Of a stretch of DNA of 23,915 bases, positions 1 through 9,857 are shown piece by piece. Both the position numbers and the translations under genes were made by a program. The notes below the pieces were generated by a model that was not told where the DNA came from, made no database searches, and was given only the letters and a program-made list of their open reading frames with translations. The first letter of the stretch is position 1. Every line of letters starts with the position of its first letter. This stretch comes from Chiloscyllium plagiosum (Eukaryota), in NCBI RefSeq assembly GCF_004010195.1, contig NC_057720.1, positions 10,237,165 through 10,261,079 on the forward strand, given 5' to 3'.

Positions 1-1193
1 TCTTCAGAACATTCATTCCACATGTGAACCATTCTCTGTGTAAAAAAATTGCCTCTTAGGTCATTTCTAAATCTCTCTCCTCTCACCTTAAATATATGTC
101 CCCTAGTCTTGAAATCCCCCATCGTAAGGAAAAGACAATTACCATGAACTCTGTCTATACCTCTCTTTATATTATAATCTTTTATCAGGTCACCTCTCAA
201 CCTCCTACACTCCGGTGAAAAATATTCTAGCCTATTCAGCCTTTCTTTATAACTCAAATCTCCCATAACTGGCAATATCAGGTAGATCTCTCCTTAAGCC
301 CCCTCAGCCTTTTAACATTTTTCTTATAACTGGACGACCAGAACTAGATACTATTCCAGAAAAAGGCCTCACTATTGTCCTGTACAAATTGTACAAAGTG
401 TGCCAAATGCCCTTTGAACCACCTTGTTTATATGTGACACAAACTTCAAACAATTATGTACCTACATCCTGAGGTCCTCTATTCTACCACACCACCATTA
501 ACTGCATGAGTCTTCCCCTCATTTATTGCACCGAAATGCAATACCTCACATTTATTCAGACTGACCTCAATCTGCCATTTTTCGGCCCATTGACCCATTT
601 GATCAATATCCCTTTGTAATCTTAGGATACTTTTTTCACTGTCTACTATTCCACCAATTTTGGTGTTGTCTGCAAACCTACCAACCATTCAAATCATTTC
701 TATAAAAGACAAACAAAAGAGGACCCCTGTGGAACACCGCTTGTCACAAGCCTCCAGTCCAAAAAGCAACCCTCCATTATTACTTTTTGTCTCCGGCCGT
801 TAGGCCAACTATGCATCCAATTGGCAAGTTCACCCTGAATTCCATGTGACTGTACTTTACTAATTGGTCCATTATACCGACCTTGTCAAAGTTTACTAAA
901 ATCCAAGTAAACAATATCTACAGCTGTGCTATCATCAATTTTCTTTGGTTACTTCCTCAAAAAAGCTCAATCAAGTTTGTGAGACATGATTTTCCTCAAA
1001 GTAAACCATGCAGATTATACCTAATCAATTTCTGCTACTCTAAATGCCCATCAATCCTAGCTATGATAATCACCTCCAACAATTTACCCACAACTGAAGT
1101 GAGACTCACAAGTCTATAGTTCCCTGGTTTCTCCTTGTAAGCTTTTCGGAAACAAAGGTACAACATTAGCCACCCTCCAGTCACTGGCACTTC
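1..1193 (-). mobile_element. CR1-clade LINE (HER1-like), decayed ORF2 RT and C-terminal region; continues at 2342-2650
   Basis: Minus-strand peptides FADNTKIGGIVDSE...LQRDIDQMGQWAEKWQ...KCEVLHFG (479-688) and KEKPGNYRLVSLTSVVGKLLE (about 1070-1140) are CR1 ORF2 motifs. Frameshifts and stops are present. Confidence 0.92.
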
Positions 1194-1215
1194 TGTTTGT
1201 AAGTTTGCTCGCTGA

Positions 1216-1280
1216 GCTGGAAGGTTTGTTTTCAGACGTTTCATCACCATACTAGGTAACATCATCAGTGAGCCTCCAGA
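1216..1280 (-). ncRNA. Minimal type I hammerhead ribozyme (family A), best-preserved copy; core 1235-1268
   Basis: Minus strand reads ctggaggc-tca-CTGATGA-tgttacc-tagtat-ggtgat-GAAA-cGTC-tga-aaacaaa-ccttccag. Conserved boxes, stem II, palindromic ACGT stem III, GUC triplet, stem I tca/tga extended by ctggagg/ccttccag. Confidence 0.8.
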
Positions 1281-2223
1281 GAAGTGCTGCATTACTGACA
1301 ACAAACAGACCTCCCAACTGTCCAACCCAAACTTTGGGTTCACTAATTGTCATCACAAAACAGAACAAATTAGAGGATACCTACAAAAACATGAACAATA
1401 TCTTTACTGTCATAAACTTCACAAAAGAGGAGGAGAACGACAACAGACTCCTATTCCGAGATGGCACAGTAGAGCAAACAGTTAATGGGGAACTTCAAAC
1501 AAGCTTCTACAGTAAAACAACACACACAGATCAAATACTTAATGACAGAAGCAATCATACCAACATCCCCAAATGGAGCTTTATCAGGACATTATTTCAA
1601 CAAGCCACAACACACTGCAGCACCCAGGAAACACAAAAAGCACAAGAAAAATACCTATACTGCAAATTCAATAAGAACGGGTACCCAGTAAATACAGTCC
1701 ACCAATTTTTCAATAACAAAACCAAACAAGCAGACAATGCACCTAGAAGCTCTAGCCATATTATCTTACATCAAAGACATCCAGTACTCTTAGGCCTGTT
1801 GGTATCATGGTAGCCCACAAACCTACCAACATATTTAAAAAGAAGTTAATTAACGTAAAAAGACCATATAAAAACAACCAGCAAAACAAATATTATTTAC
1901 AAAATACCTTGCAAGGACTATAACAAACACTACATCAGATAAACAGGCAGAACACTACGCACTAGGATACATGATCACCAACTAGCCACAGAAAGACATG
2001 ACTTGCTATCACTAGTATCCTTAAATACAGAGGAAGAAGAGACATCCACAAAATTCTTAAAAGCATGGCATACTAACCAGAACTCCATCAATAAGCACAT
2101 CGATTTGGAGCGTATCTACCATCCTCTGAGAAAAAATAACTGGAAATGATATCAACCACCCTAAGAAACCAAGACGCATAAATAAAAAGCTGGACAGGAC
2201 ATGAGCACTTCACTGGAAATTCA

Positions 2224-2257
2224 CTGATGGTGTTACTGCATGTGGTGATGAAATGTC
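2224..2257 (+). ncRNA. Degenerate hammerhead core in the 3' pLTR of the family A element
   Basis: CTGATGG-tgttactgcatgtggtgat-GAAATGTC; the core A9 is mutated to G. Confidence 0.55.
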
Positions 2258-2341
2258 TGAAAAGAAGCCTTCCAGATCAGCGAGCTAACTTACAACCAGA
2301 ACCTCAACCTGAGCTACAAATCTTCTCAAAAATTGCAATCA

Positions 2342-2650
2342 GGCACTTCACCCGTAGTTATAGTTGTTGGAGGTCTTGGAGAGATATCTACCTTTACATT
2401 CTCTATGACCTCATGAACTTGCTCTTTTAAAAACATTAAAGTTTATTTCTCTGCATTCTCCAAACTCCATTTCTTTCTTCACAGTAAAACTGACAAAATA
2501 TTCATTGAGTATGTCTCCCAACACCTGAGATTCAACACAAAGACAACCTCCTTGATTTTTAAGATGCCTGACCCTCTCTGTAGTTACCTTTATGCTGTTC
2601 ATGTGTTTGTAGAATCCCTTGGCACCATTCTTAACCTTATCTGACAATTT
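2342..2650 (-). mobile_element. Upstream part of the CR1 LINE split by the Penelope insertion
   Basis: ORF 2411-2647 (KVKNGAKGFYKHMNSIKVTTERVRHLKNQGG...LNEYF) resembles the CR1 ORF2 linker and resumes at the duplicated GGCACTTC. Confidence 0.85.
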
Positions 2651-2859
2651 GAAACTCTCCTCCTGGAGCCTACAACTCGAAAGAAATCAGAAATACTGGA
2701 GTCAGAGAAAAATATCACAGTTAAGGAAATCCTTGGAACGGCTGATTTCACCTTGTAATTGTTGCTATGATGTCATCATCCTCAGGAATACAGATAATTT
2801 GAGTCTGTGCAAACGAGAGATTATCCACACATTGGGAATCCTTGAAATAGCTGGGTCCT

Positions 2860-2925
2860 TGAGAGGGGCGGATTGGTTCAAGACTGAGGGATTTGCGACG
2901 TGAGGGAGAAACTGAAGCTGAAGTG
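2860..2925. promoter_or_regulatory. Promoter-like motif cluster (GC box, CCAAT box, ACGT core)
   Basis: GGGGCGG (2865-2871) abuts ATTGG (2872-2876), followed by GACGTG near 2897. Shares GATTGGTTCAAG with 9880-9891. Motif evidence only. Confidence 0.3.
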
Positions 2926-3244
2926 AGAATAGACAGAGCTGTAAGGATTTATGATTGTGTTCAGTATGTGAATGTAAGCAAAATGTTCATATCACCTGAT
3001 ACAAAATGGATCAGGGATACAAACTTAAGATTTTGGACAAGATTGACAAAGAGGATGTGATGGAGAAACTATATAAAGTAAATGGTAATGACCGGGAGGT
3101 CAACACTCAATGGCCTCTAATATCCACTACCTGGTGAATGCACCAATTCTGTCAGATTCTTACATGTTGTTAGGTTGGAGATTTCTGTCTGTGAACACTC
3201 TTCAAATATTCTGGAAAATAAGTTTAGAAAAGACAGTGTCAGGC

Positions 3245-4330
3245 AAGGCAATGCAGCAAGAAGTGGACAATACCTAGGCTTGGGCTGACAAGTAACAAGT
3301 GACATTCATGCCACACAAATGCCAGAGAATGATCATCACCAATTCTTATCCTTGTCATTCAACTGTGACACAATCATTGAATCCCCCACTGCCAACATCC
3401 TTGGTGTTACCATTGACCAACTGGACTCATCACATAAACACAGGGGCTACAAGAGCAGGTCAGAGACAAGGGATTCTGTGGCAAGTCACTCACCTCCTGA
3501 CACCCAAAGTCTATCCACCGCTAAAAATCACAAATCATGAGTTTGATGGAATACCTGCCACTTTCCTGGAAGGGTGCAGCTCCAACAACATTCAAGAAGC
3601 TTGACACCATCCAGGAGAAAGCAACCCACTTAATTGGCACCACATCCACAAACATTCAATCTCTCCATGAACAGCGCTCAGTAGCAGCAATCTGTACAAT
3701 CTACAGGATGCATTGCAGAAATTCACCAAAGATCCTTAGACTGCATTTTCCAAACCCTCAACCACTTTCACCTAGAAGGACAAGAGCAGCAGATACATGG
3801 AAACACCACATCCTACAAGTTCTCCTCCAAGCCACTCACTGCCCTGACTTGAAAATATACCAGGCAGAAGTGGGTACTGCAGATGCTGGGGATTAGAGTC
3901 AAGATTAGAATGGTGCTGGAAAAACACAGCAGGTCTGATGCTGCCTGACCTGCTGTGCTTTTCCAGCACCATTTTAATCTTGACTCTAACCGCCAGCATC
4001 TGAAGTACCCACTTCTGCCTAGTTAATTTTAACCTTACTGTGAATCCCCTTCGAAGGATGCCTACCTTGAAGAAGTTCTCCTCCAAAAAAAAAGGATGCT
4101 GTGCTTTTCCAGCACCACACTAATCTTGGAAATATACCACCATTCCTTCACAGTTGTAGGGTCACAATCCTGGAATTCCCTCCCTACTGGCATTGTGGGT
4201 CAACCTACAGCAAGTGGACCGCAGAGATTCAAGAAACACAGCTCACCACCACCTTCTCAATGGCAAATAGGGATAGGCTATCAATGCTGGCCGGCCAGTG
4301 ACATACAAGTTCCACAAATGATTTAAAAAA
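3245..4330 (+). mobile_element. CR1/L2-group LINE 3' part (a family distinct from the HER1-like CR1s)
   Basis: Peptides VTFMPHKCQ, IESPTANILGVTIDQ, WTHHINTGATRAGQRQGIL, MEYLPLSWKGAAPTTFKKLDTIQEKATHLIG, SFTVVGSQSWNSLP; A-rich end at about 4325-4331. Confidence 0.85.
3863..4124. mobile_element. Non-coding fold-back insertion made of family B (Penelope pLTR) sequence
   Basis: Inverted arms at 3862-3935 and 3947-4020, plus a third partial copy at about 4097-4124. TSD cttgaaaatatacca (3848-3862) / cttggaaatatacca (4125-4139). Confidence 0.85.
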
Positions 4331-4469
4331 AGGTAAGAACTCAGACAAGTTATTCCCTTTGTTTGATTTTGCTATGTGCATGTGCGCCCGTCCAAGCCTT
4401 GGTGAAAGAAATTTCCGAACTCTATCATTATCAGCCTAGGACTGAGTCCTGCAATATCAGCTTGTAGAT

Positions 4470-4535
4470 GTTGATGTTGTTTCTCTGTCCATTAAGACTG
4501 TCAGTCCTACTGAGTTTCACCAGCGCCTTCTATTT
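4470..4535. repeat. Decayed fragment of a pLTR-like dispersed repeat (family D)
   Basis: tgtttctctgtcc...cctactgagtttcaccagc resembles 6863-6900 and the reverse complement of 10893-10945. Confidence 0.4.
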
Positions 4536-4599
4536 CCCTATAGAAAATCAGAATGTTCATTTCCTTCTGGCCCAGAGCAACCACATATGCTCCGTGCTG

Positions 4600-4845
4600 C
4601 ACATTGCCCATCAATATTATTGGCAGACCTTTGATTCAATGGTGATATCTCAGTTTTCATGTGGCTGACCAAAGCCACAAATCTGTGCAACATGGAGCAA
4701 GTTGTCTCATGAGGTAATGGGATCTTCTTTCCTTGTCTACTGTCGCTCTTCACACAGTAAGGTGTGAAAGGCTCATGCCACTTGATGGACAAGCTGTCTC
4801 TGTTCTGAGCAATGGGCAGCAAGCTCCTCCCAGTCTTTTCAAACA
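4600..4845 (-). mobile_element. Possible highly decayed RTE-clade LINE 3' end
   Basis: Minus frames give KDWEELAAHCSEQRQLVHQVA* and TTCSM...LVSHMKT, resembling the RTE C-terminal WExLAxDRxxWR motif and terminal C2H2 finger. Many stops. Confidence 0.4.
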
Positions 4846-5159
4846 AAGGTAGCCCCTAACAAAGATGGCGACCCCACCAGCCGCTCCACCAGCACCTGAG
4901 CCTTCAAGTGCCCCCGATAAAGATGGCTGTCGCTGCCGAAGCTTGTCCCTGGGCGGAAGCCTGGAGCCACTGTCCCATTTGATACAAACAGAAGCCCAGG
5001 AGTTTCTTCTTTGGGTTTTAATATTTGCACAAGAATGTTATGAAGTCTCTACATCCACCTACCATATCCATGGCATTCTGCAATTCATTTTCACCGTTTG
5101 CGAAACGAGAAGAAACCTCCCCTCGATTGCTATCATTCACTTGGTGCATGCTCCGTTCA

Positions 5160-5343
5160 GGTGGAGGTGGGTACTGCAGATGCTGGAGATTAGAGTGGTG
5201 CTGGAAAAGTACAGCAAGTCAGGCAGCATCCGAGGAGCAGGAAAATTCCTGATGAAGGGCTTTTGCCAAAAACATCGATTTTCCTGCTCCTCCGGTGCTG
5301 CCTGACCTGCTGTGCTTTTCCAGCACCACTCTGATCTTAACGT
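5160..5343. mobile_element. 184-bp family B fold-back element with a hammerhead core in its loop
   Basis: 60-bp inverted arms at 5187-5246 and 5278-5337. Loop holds CTGATGA-agggc-tttt-gcc-aaaaacatc (GAAA mutated). Exact 11-bp TSD TGCTCCGTTCA at 5149-5159 and 5344-5354. Confidence 0.88.
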
Positions 5344-5549
5344 TGCTCCGTTCAACATTCTGCATTGCGTTTGTAAACTGCGCACTGTATTGTAGATAGA
5401 GGATATTCGAAACCGCGGGGGTTGCTGGGTAGGCAATCCGCCATATAATCTTTTAATTCATGCCTTGAAAATTTGGCTGTTCCCATCTGTATTTTGAGGG
5501 GATACTTTGAGGGGAGGCGGTATTGTCGTTGGACAATTAATCGAGAGGG

Positions 5550-5795
5550 GTAACGTTCTGGGGAGCTGAGTTCAATTCCTGCCACAGCATAATGTGTAAT
5601 TTGAATCCAGTAGAAACCATTGTTGATTGTCGGATAAATCCATCTGGTTCACTAATGTCCTTTAGAGAAGGAAATCTATTATCTCCACCTACTTTGGTCT
5701 GCATGTTATTTCAGATTCACAGGAAGTTAGTTGATTCTGGGCAATTAAGAGATGATAAATATATACTGGCTTAGCTAGCACGGTCCTCATCCTGT
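5550..5795 (+). mobile_element. Deu-domain SINE (SacSINE1/DeuSINE-like)
   Basis: B-box-like GAGTTCAATTCC near 5568; core ccatctggttcactaatgtcctttagagaaggaaatct; 3' tail (about 5740-5793) similar to the LINE tail at about 4262-4315. Confidence 0.7.
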
Positions 5796-5807
5796 AGTTT
5801 TTATATA

Positions 5808-5892
5808 TCAAAGCATTTTCAGGTTGAGAAAATGCTTTGAGACAGGTTATATATATATATAAAACCTGTCTCAAAGCATTTTCTCATCCTGA
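5808..5892. repeat. Nested palindrome with an (AT)n centre
   Basis: 30-bp arms at 5819-5848 and 5863-5892 (1 mismatch) around a TA run; extra tcaaagcattttc at 5808-5820 is complementary to 5828-5840. Confidence 0.9.
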
Positions 5893-6689
5893 GAAAACAC
5901 AATGCACAATGGAGTGTCTTGCATCTCTAACATGCAATATAGAGGAAGAACAACAATTTGAACAAAGGACTTGCTGGATCCTTAGAGTCTGATGAACTGC
6001 AGCCTCCGATTTGTTTATCCTCTGTCAGACATTCCAGCTCAAATTTATTCTTTTATTTGTTTAAAATTTTAAAATGACAAAATCATTCATTATGTTTCTC
6101 AGTGACACTAGGTAACACTCATAAAAATAAGTGTTTTTGAAATATGTTAAGATTCTGTATTTATATTCAATTCTGAAGTGTGAAATGGAATTCTGAAAAT
6201 GCCGTCAGGAATGCATCCAGTCGACAATATACAGCAAACATAGGAAGAGATTATCAGTTCTGGTCTTTGATTTTTTTTTCTGGAATAAAGAGGGTTTGGT
6301 GAAATGTGGTGTCCATTTTACTCACTGAGCTTTACCTCTGTGATGCTGGACGTGGGCCTGAACCCATGCCTGCCCTATGTCCCACAATGCTGTGCTTACC
6401 CCATTCCTCCATCTCTGAGCCATAGGACAGTTCCCCCAACAACATATCCTTTACCACCAGGCTCACTTCTCAATGGTTCTCTTTCCACTAACTCAAAACT
6501 GATGTTGCAACAAAACAAATTTCCCTCCTCATCAAGATTCCAAGGGGGCATTTCCCTGTGCATCATCAGAACCACACTTTTAATATTCCAATACCTCATT
6601 TATCAATATCATTCTGTTCAACAATATGTTCACATGTTGTCACAGGAGATAGATGAATTGTGAAGTTTTCTCCTCCTCTTACACTATCC

Positions 6690-6950
6690 AAGGCTTCAAG
6701 TATCCTTTACTGGTGATTTGCTGCATTAATTAAGCTTCAGAATAAGCGAATTTGCTGTAATTGCCACTCACAATGCAGTCTCCACTGTACTGGGGAGAAA
6801 ATTACAGACTGAGTGAAGACTTGCAATACACATTGTCTTAGTTGCAAGAATGAACCACAGCTCTGTTTCTCTCTCCATCACATAGCTGAGTAATTCCAGG
6901 ACTTTTTAAATTTCAGATTGACACCCTGCACAGTATTTGATATTTTATTC
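6690..6950 (+). mobile_element. Old Penelope-like (Neptune-type) GIY-YIG relic with pLTR remnant
   Basis: About 6762-6800 translates CHSQCSLHCTGEK, resembling the CGLLYIGKTG motif at about 20427-20456. Followed by ctctgtttctctctcc...gctgagtaattccag. Confidence 0.45.
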
Positions 6951-7849
6951 AGCAGATACTATGTGGGAAGACACAGAAAAGGCAAGGTCAGGTTTCCTGT
7001 TTTGATTCTGTGAGCTACAGTCAATGTATTTGAGGTTGACTATTGAGACAAGGAACTACGAAAGATGTTTTGAAAGTAACTAGCTTGATTTTGAAATATT
7101 ACAGAGCTTCAAAACATTGTGTGTTGAACCAAAATCTGATGTGTATGACTCGTAACTGAGCTCAACACTATTCACAGCAGCAGAAACAACCCCATTAAAC
7201 ATAATTCAGATTTACATGTGATTAGCAGCTAACTCTTACACAAATCCTATCCCATACTGAAAAATGCCCATCAACCATTGTTACCCATTTGCTACTGGTT
7301 TCAGGATTCAGTGAGATTTCTTGTCATATTCATCATTGACTTTCTGTGAGTCTGGTTCAAATTCTATCAAATAGTTTAATGCACAATATCTAGATTTTAG
7401 CTCAAGCCCATTGTATATCTTCTTTCAGCACATTTGCCATTTAGATAAGTTCATCATTCCCCTTTGTTCACAGTTAGAACAAGCAGCATTCCAAAGGTTA
7501 ATAACATGCACAAGACTGGGGAGAATGGAAGGGTAAAATGTAACTAGTAACTAATATTGGAGAATCAGACAGATCAGCTCCCTCTGTCATACACACTGAT
7601 ACGTTTACAGATGGCAATTTATGTCATACATTGCCACTCCTTGCTTTCCAGGTAAAGCTTGGATTTAGCATCAATCTATACTCACACCAAGTAGCTTATC
7701 AATCTGGTAACTGGGCAGGCAGAGGGATCTCGAGTTAAACTCAGAACAAAAGGCAGTCAGAGAATCAGAGAGTGGATCAGGTGTTATCAAGGTTTGTATG
7801 CCAATGAGGAGAACAAATAATTAAAACGGATAAGTTTGACATACTAAGT

Positions 7850-8990
7850 TAGACCATAAGATACAGGAGCCAAAATAAATCATACAACCCATCATATCTG
7901 TGAGATTCCACAAGGTTATGGATAACCTGGTAATCCTCAGACTCGGCTTCCTTGCTTTATCCACATAATCCTTGATTGCCTTAACAATGAAAAAAGTCTG
8001 TTTGAGCTGTGATTGTACTTATTGACTCAGCCTGACAGCCCTCTGTAGTAAAGAATTCCACAGATTTATTGCTCCTGACAGAAAAGGAATCTTCCTTTCT
8101 CTGACCTAAGTAGGTGACACTTTAGACTGAGATCATGCTCTCTGATCCTAACTGTTCCAAAAGAGGAAACATCCTCTCCACAGTTACCCTGTCAAACTCC
8201 ATAAGATATTAAATGTTTAAATGCAGTCTTCTCTCATTCTTTTAAGTCCAACGAGTACAGGCTCAATTTAGTCAATCACTCCTCACACAAAAATCCCTCT
8301 ACATAATGCACATCATTGCACTGATCCAGTGTCAATGTATATTTCCTTACATGTGGATTCCAAAACCAATCACTGTATTGCAGTTGTACCTTGAAGAACT
8401 ATAACAATCCCTCTCTACATTAATTGTTTATTCTCTGAAATACAGTCTAGGTTCCATTTGACTTCCCTATTGCGTGTTGAGCTTGGATGCTAACATTTTG
8501 TATTTCATGCTTGATGACCTGAAAATCCCTCTGTTCTGTGGCTTTGAGCAGTCTTCCTCCATTTAAATCATATTCAATTGTGTTTTTCCTAGCAAAGTGC
8601 ACAACCTGTCATTTTCCCCTATCATACTCCATCTGTCAAGTCTTTGCCACTCACACTCTGTTATAGCCCCCTGTGGACTCCTGATGTCGTCCTCTATTGT
8701 TTAACCATGCTGTGGAGATGCCAGTGTTGGACTGGGGTGGACAAAGTCAGAAGTCACACAACACCAGGTTATTGTAGAACAGTTTTTTTATTAAATCACA
8801 AACTTTCTGAGCGAGGTTCCTTCATCAGAAGTGTACTTCACCTGACGACAGAGCAGCACTCGGAAAGCTTGTGATTGTAAATAAATCTGTTGGGACTATA
8901 ACATGGTGTCATGTGACTTCTGACTCATTATTTAATTCCCACTTATTTCTGTGTAATCTAAAGTTGACAATGGTACATTCACTTCTGTGA
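7850..8990 (-). mobile_element. Old CR1-type LINE 3' half, interrupted at 8708-8925
   Basis: Decayed CR1-like 3' UTR (accataagatacaggagc) and RT C-terminal remnants (aaagaattccacagatt = NLWNSL on the minus strand; agcaaagtgcacaacct). Confidence 0.7.
8708..8925. mobile_element. Family C fold-back element with two divergently oriented hammerhead cores
   Basis: Inverted arms at about 8745-8830 and 8840-8925. Minus core CTGATGA-aggaacctcgctca-GAAAGTT (8801-8828); plus core cac-CTGACGA-cagagcagcactcg-GAAAGCTT-gtg (8839-8873). Confidence 0.8.
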
Positions 8991-9577
8991 ATGTACGTTG
9001 GGGAAAGTGACTGAAGGAAAGCGACGCTGAAGCTCCCATGACTCACCCTCGATCAGGGTACGATCCCTGGGGATGATGACGTGTTTGTTTTGTGCATAGT
9101 TTCTAAACGAAGGTGAGTTACAAACTGTTTGAAACTAAAAAGTCACAGCTGCTCTGGCAGAATCAGTGAAGTGAGTGTTCAACTCTCAACGAGTTCACAA
9201 ATGTCCCTCAGGAAAGGAGACCTACTGCCGAACCAAAAAACTTAGCCTGTAAATGAGAGGAAAGACAGGAAGAGCAGTGGGATACTTGAGGATACACTTT
9301 CCTCCATCAATATCACAGGATTAACTGAAAGATCCTCCCTCCAAGGTCAAGACCAGTGTGTATAGGGAACCATCACCCTTAGCTCCAATCCCAGAGACAA
9401 GCTGTAATCTTGTGGATACATGTCACCGCTTCTTTCTCGATGCTGCCTGACAATCCCTGTAACCCCTCACTTAAATTACTGCAAATCCCCAGCAGCTTCG
9501 GCAGTTTCTCTGGGAGACAGAGAGAGTGAGAATTGCAGCTCACTGACCTTCAATAACCAGCCGCTCCAAAGCCTCAC

Positions 9578-9679
9578 CTTCTCAGTCCAGGAGGGACTAA
9601 CGTTTCTCTTGGTTCGAGTTTGCTGTGTGAAAGTAGTTTCCCGGGGCTCGGTACCAACCAGGCTACAGACAGTTCCCAT
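9578..9679 (-). CDS. Candidate first coding exon of an unidentified host gene (MGTVCSLVGTEPRETTFTQQTRTKRNVSPSWTEK)
   Basis: ctgATGG start at 9679, 34 codons ending at phase-0 donor AAG|GTGAGG, MGxxxS N-terminus, downstream of a CCAAT/GC cluster. No homology recognised; could be non-coding. Confidence 0.3.
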
Positions 9680-9716
9680 CAGATTGTTCCCGAACCCACC
9701 CAATCCCTCTCTCTCA

Positions 9717-9852
9717 AGCTCTGTCTCTCAATTTCAACCACCTCCTTCTGGCTCAGGGACAAGCACTGCACATGCTCCATAAAGAGCTCTGTCTCTCAAT
9801 TTCAACCACCTCCTTCTGGCTCAGGGACAAGCACTGCACATGCTCCATAAAG
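9717..9852. repeat. Perfect 68-bp tandem duplication
   Basis: 9717-9784 is identical to 9785-9852, with agctc repeated again at 9853-9857. Confidence 0.97.
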
Positions 9853-9857
9853 AGCTC

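Larger units (their letters stand above)
1194..2341 (+). mobile_element. Penelope-like element (family A, Poseidon/Penelope-like), 5'-truncated with an inverted pLTR at its 5' end
   Basis: RT C-terminus (FTKEEENDNRLLF...GELQTSFYSKTTHTDQIL). Decayed GIY-YIG NIIYKIPCKDYNKHYIR* at about 1889-1945. 1194-1288 is the reverse complement of about 2204-2297. Flanked by GGCACTTC at 1186-1193 and 2342-2349. Confidence 0.9.

Noticed and set aside
5020..5452. Minus-strand frame of about 80 codons that opens when the 5160-5343 insert is removed (…QNVERSMHQVNDSNRGE…)
   Set aside because: No recognisable homology or clear acceptor, and the length is compatible with chance.
7600..7780. Possible micro-exons on either strand
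   Set aside because: Acceptors are weak or non-canonical and there is no supporting homology.
9040..9110. MHC class II-like X-X2-Y promoter module
   Set aside because: Only the CGTCATC core matches; the Y-box is imperfect and the spacing is off.
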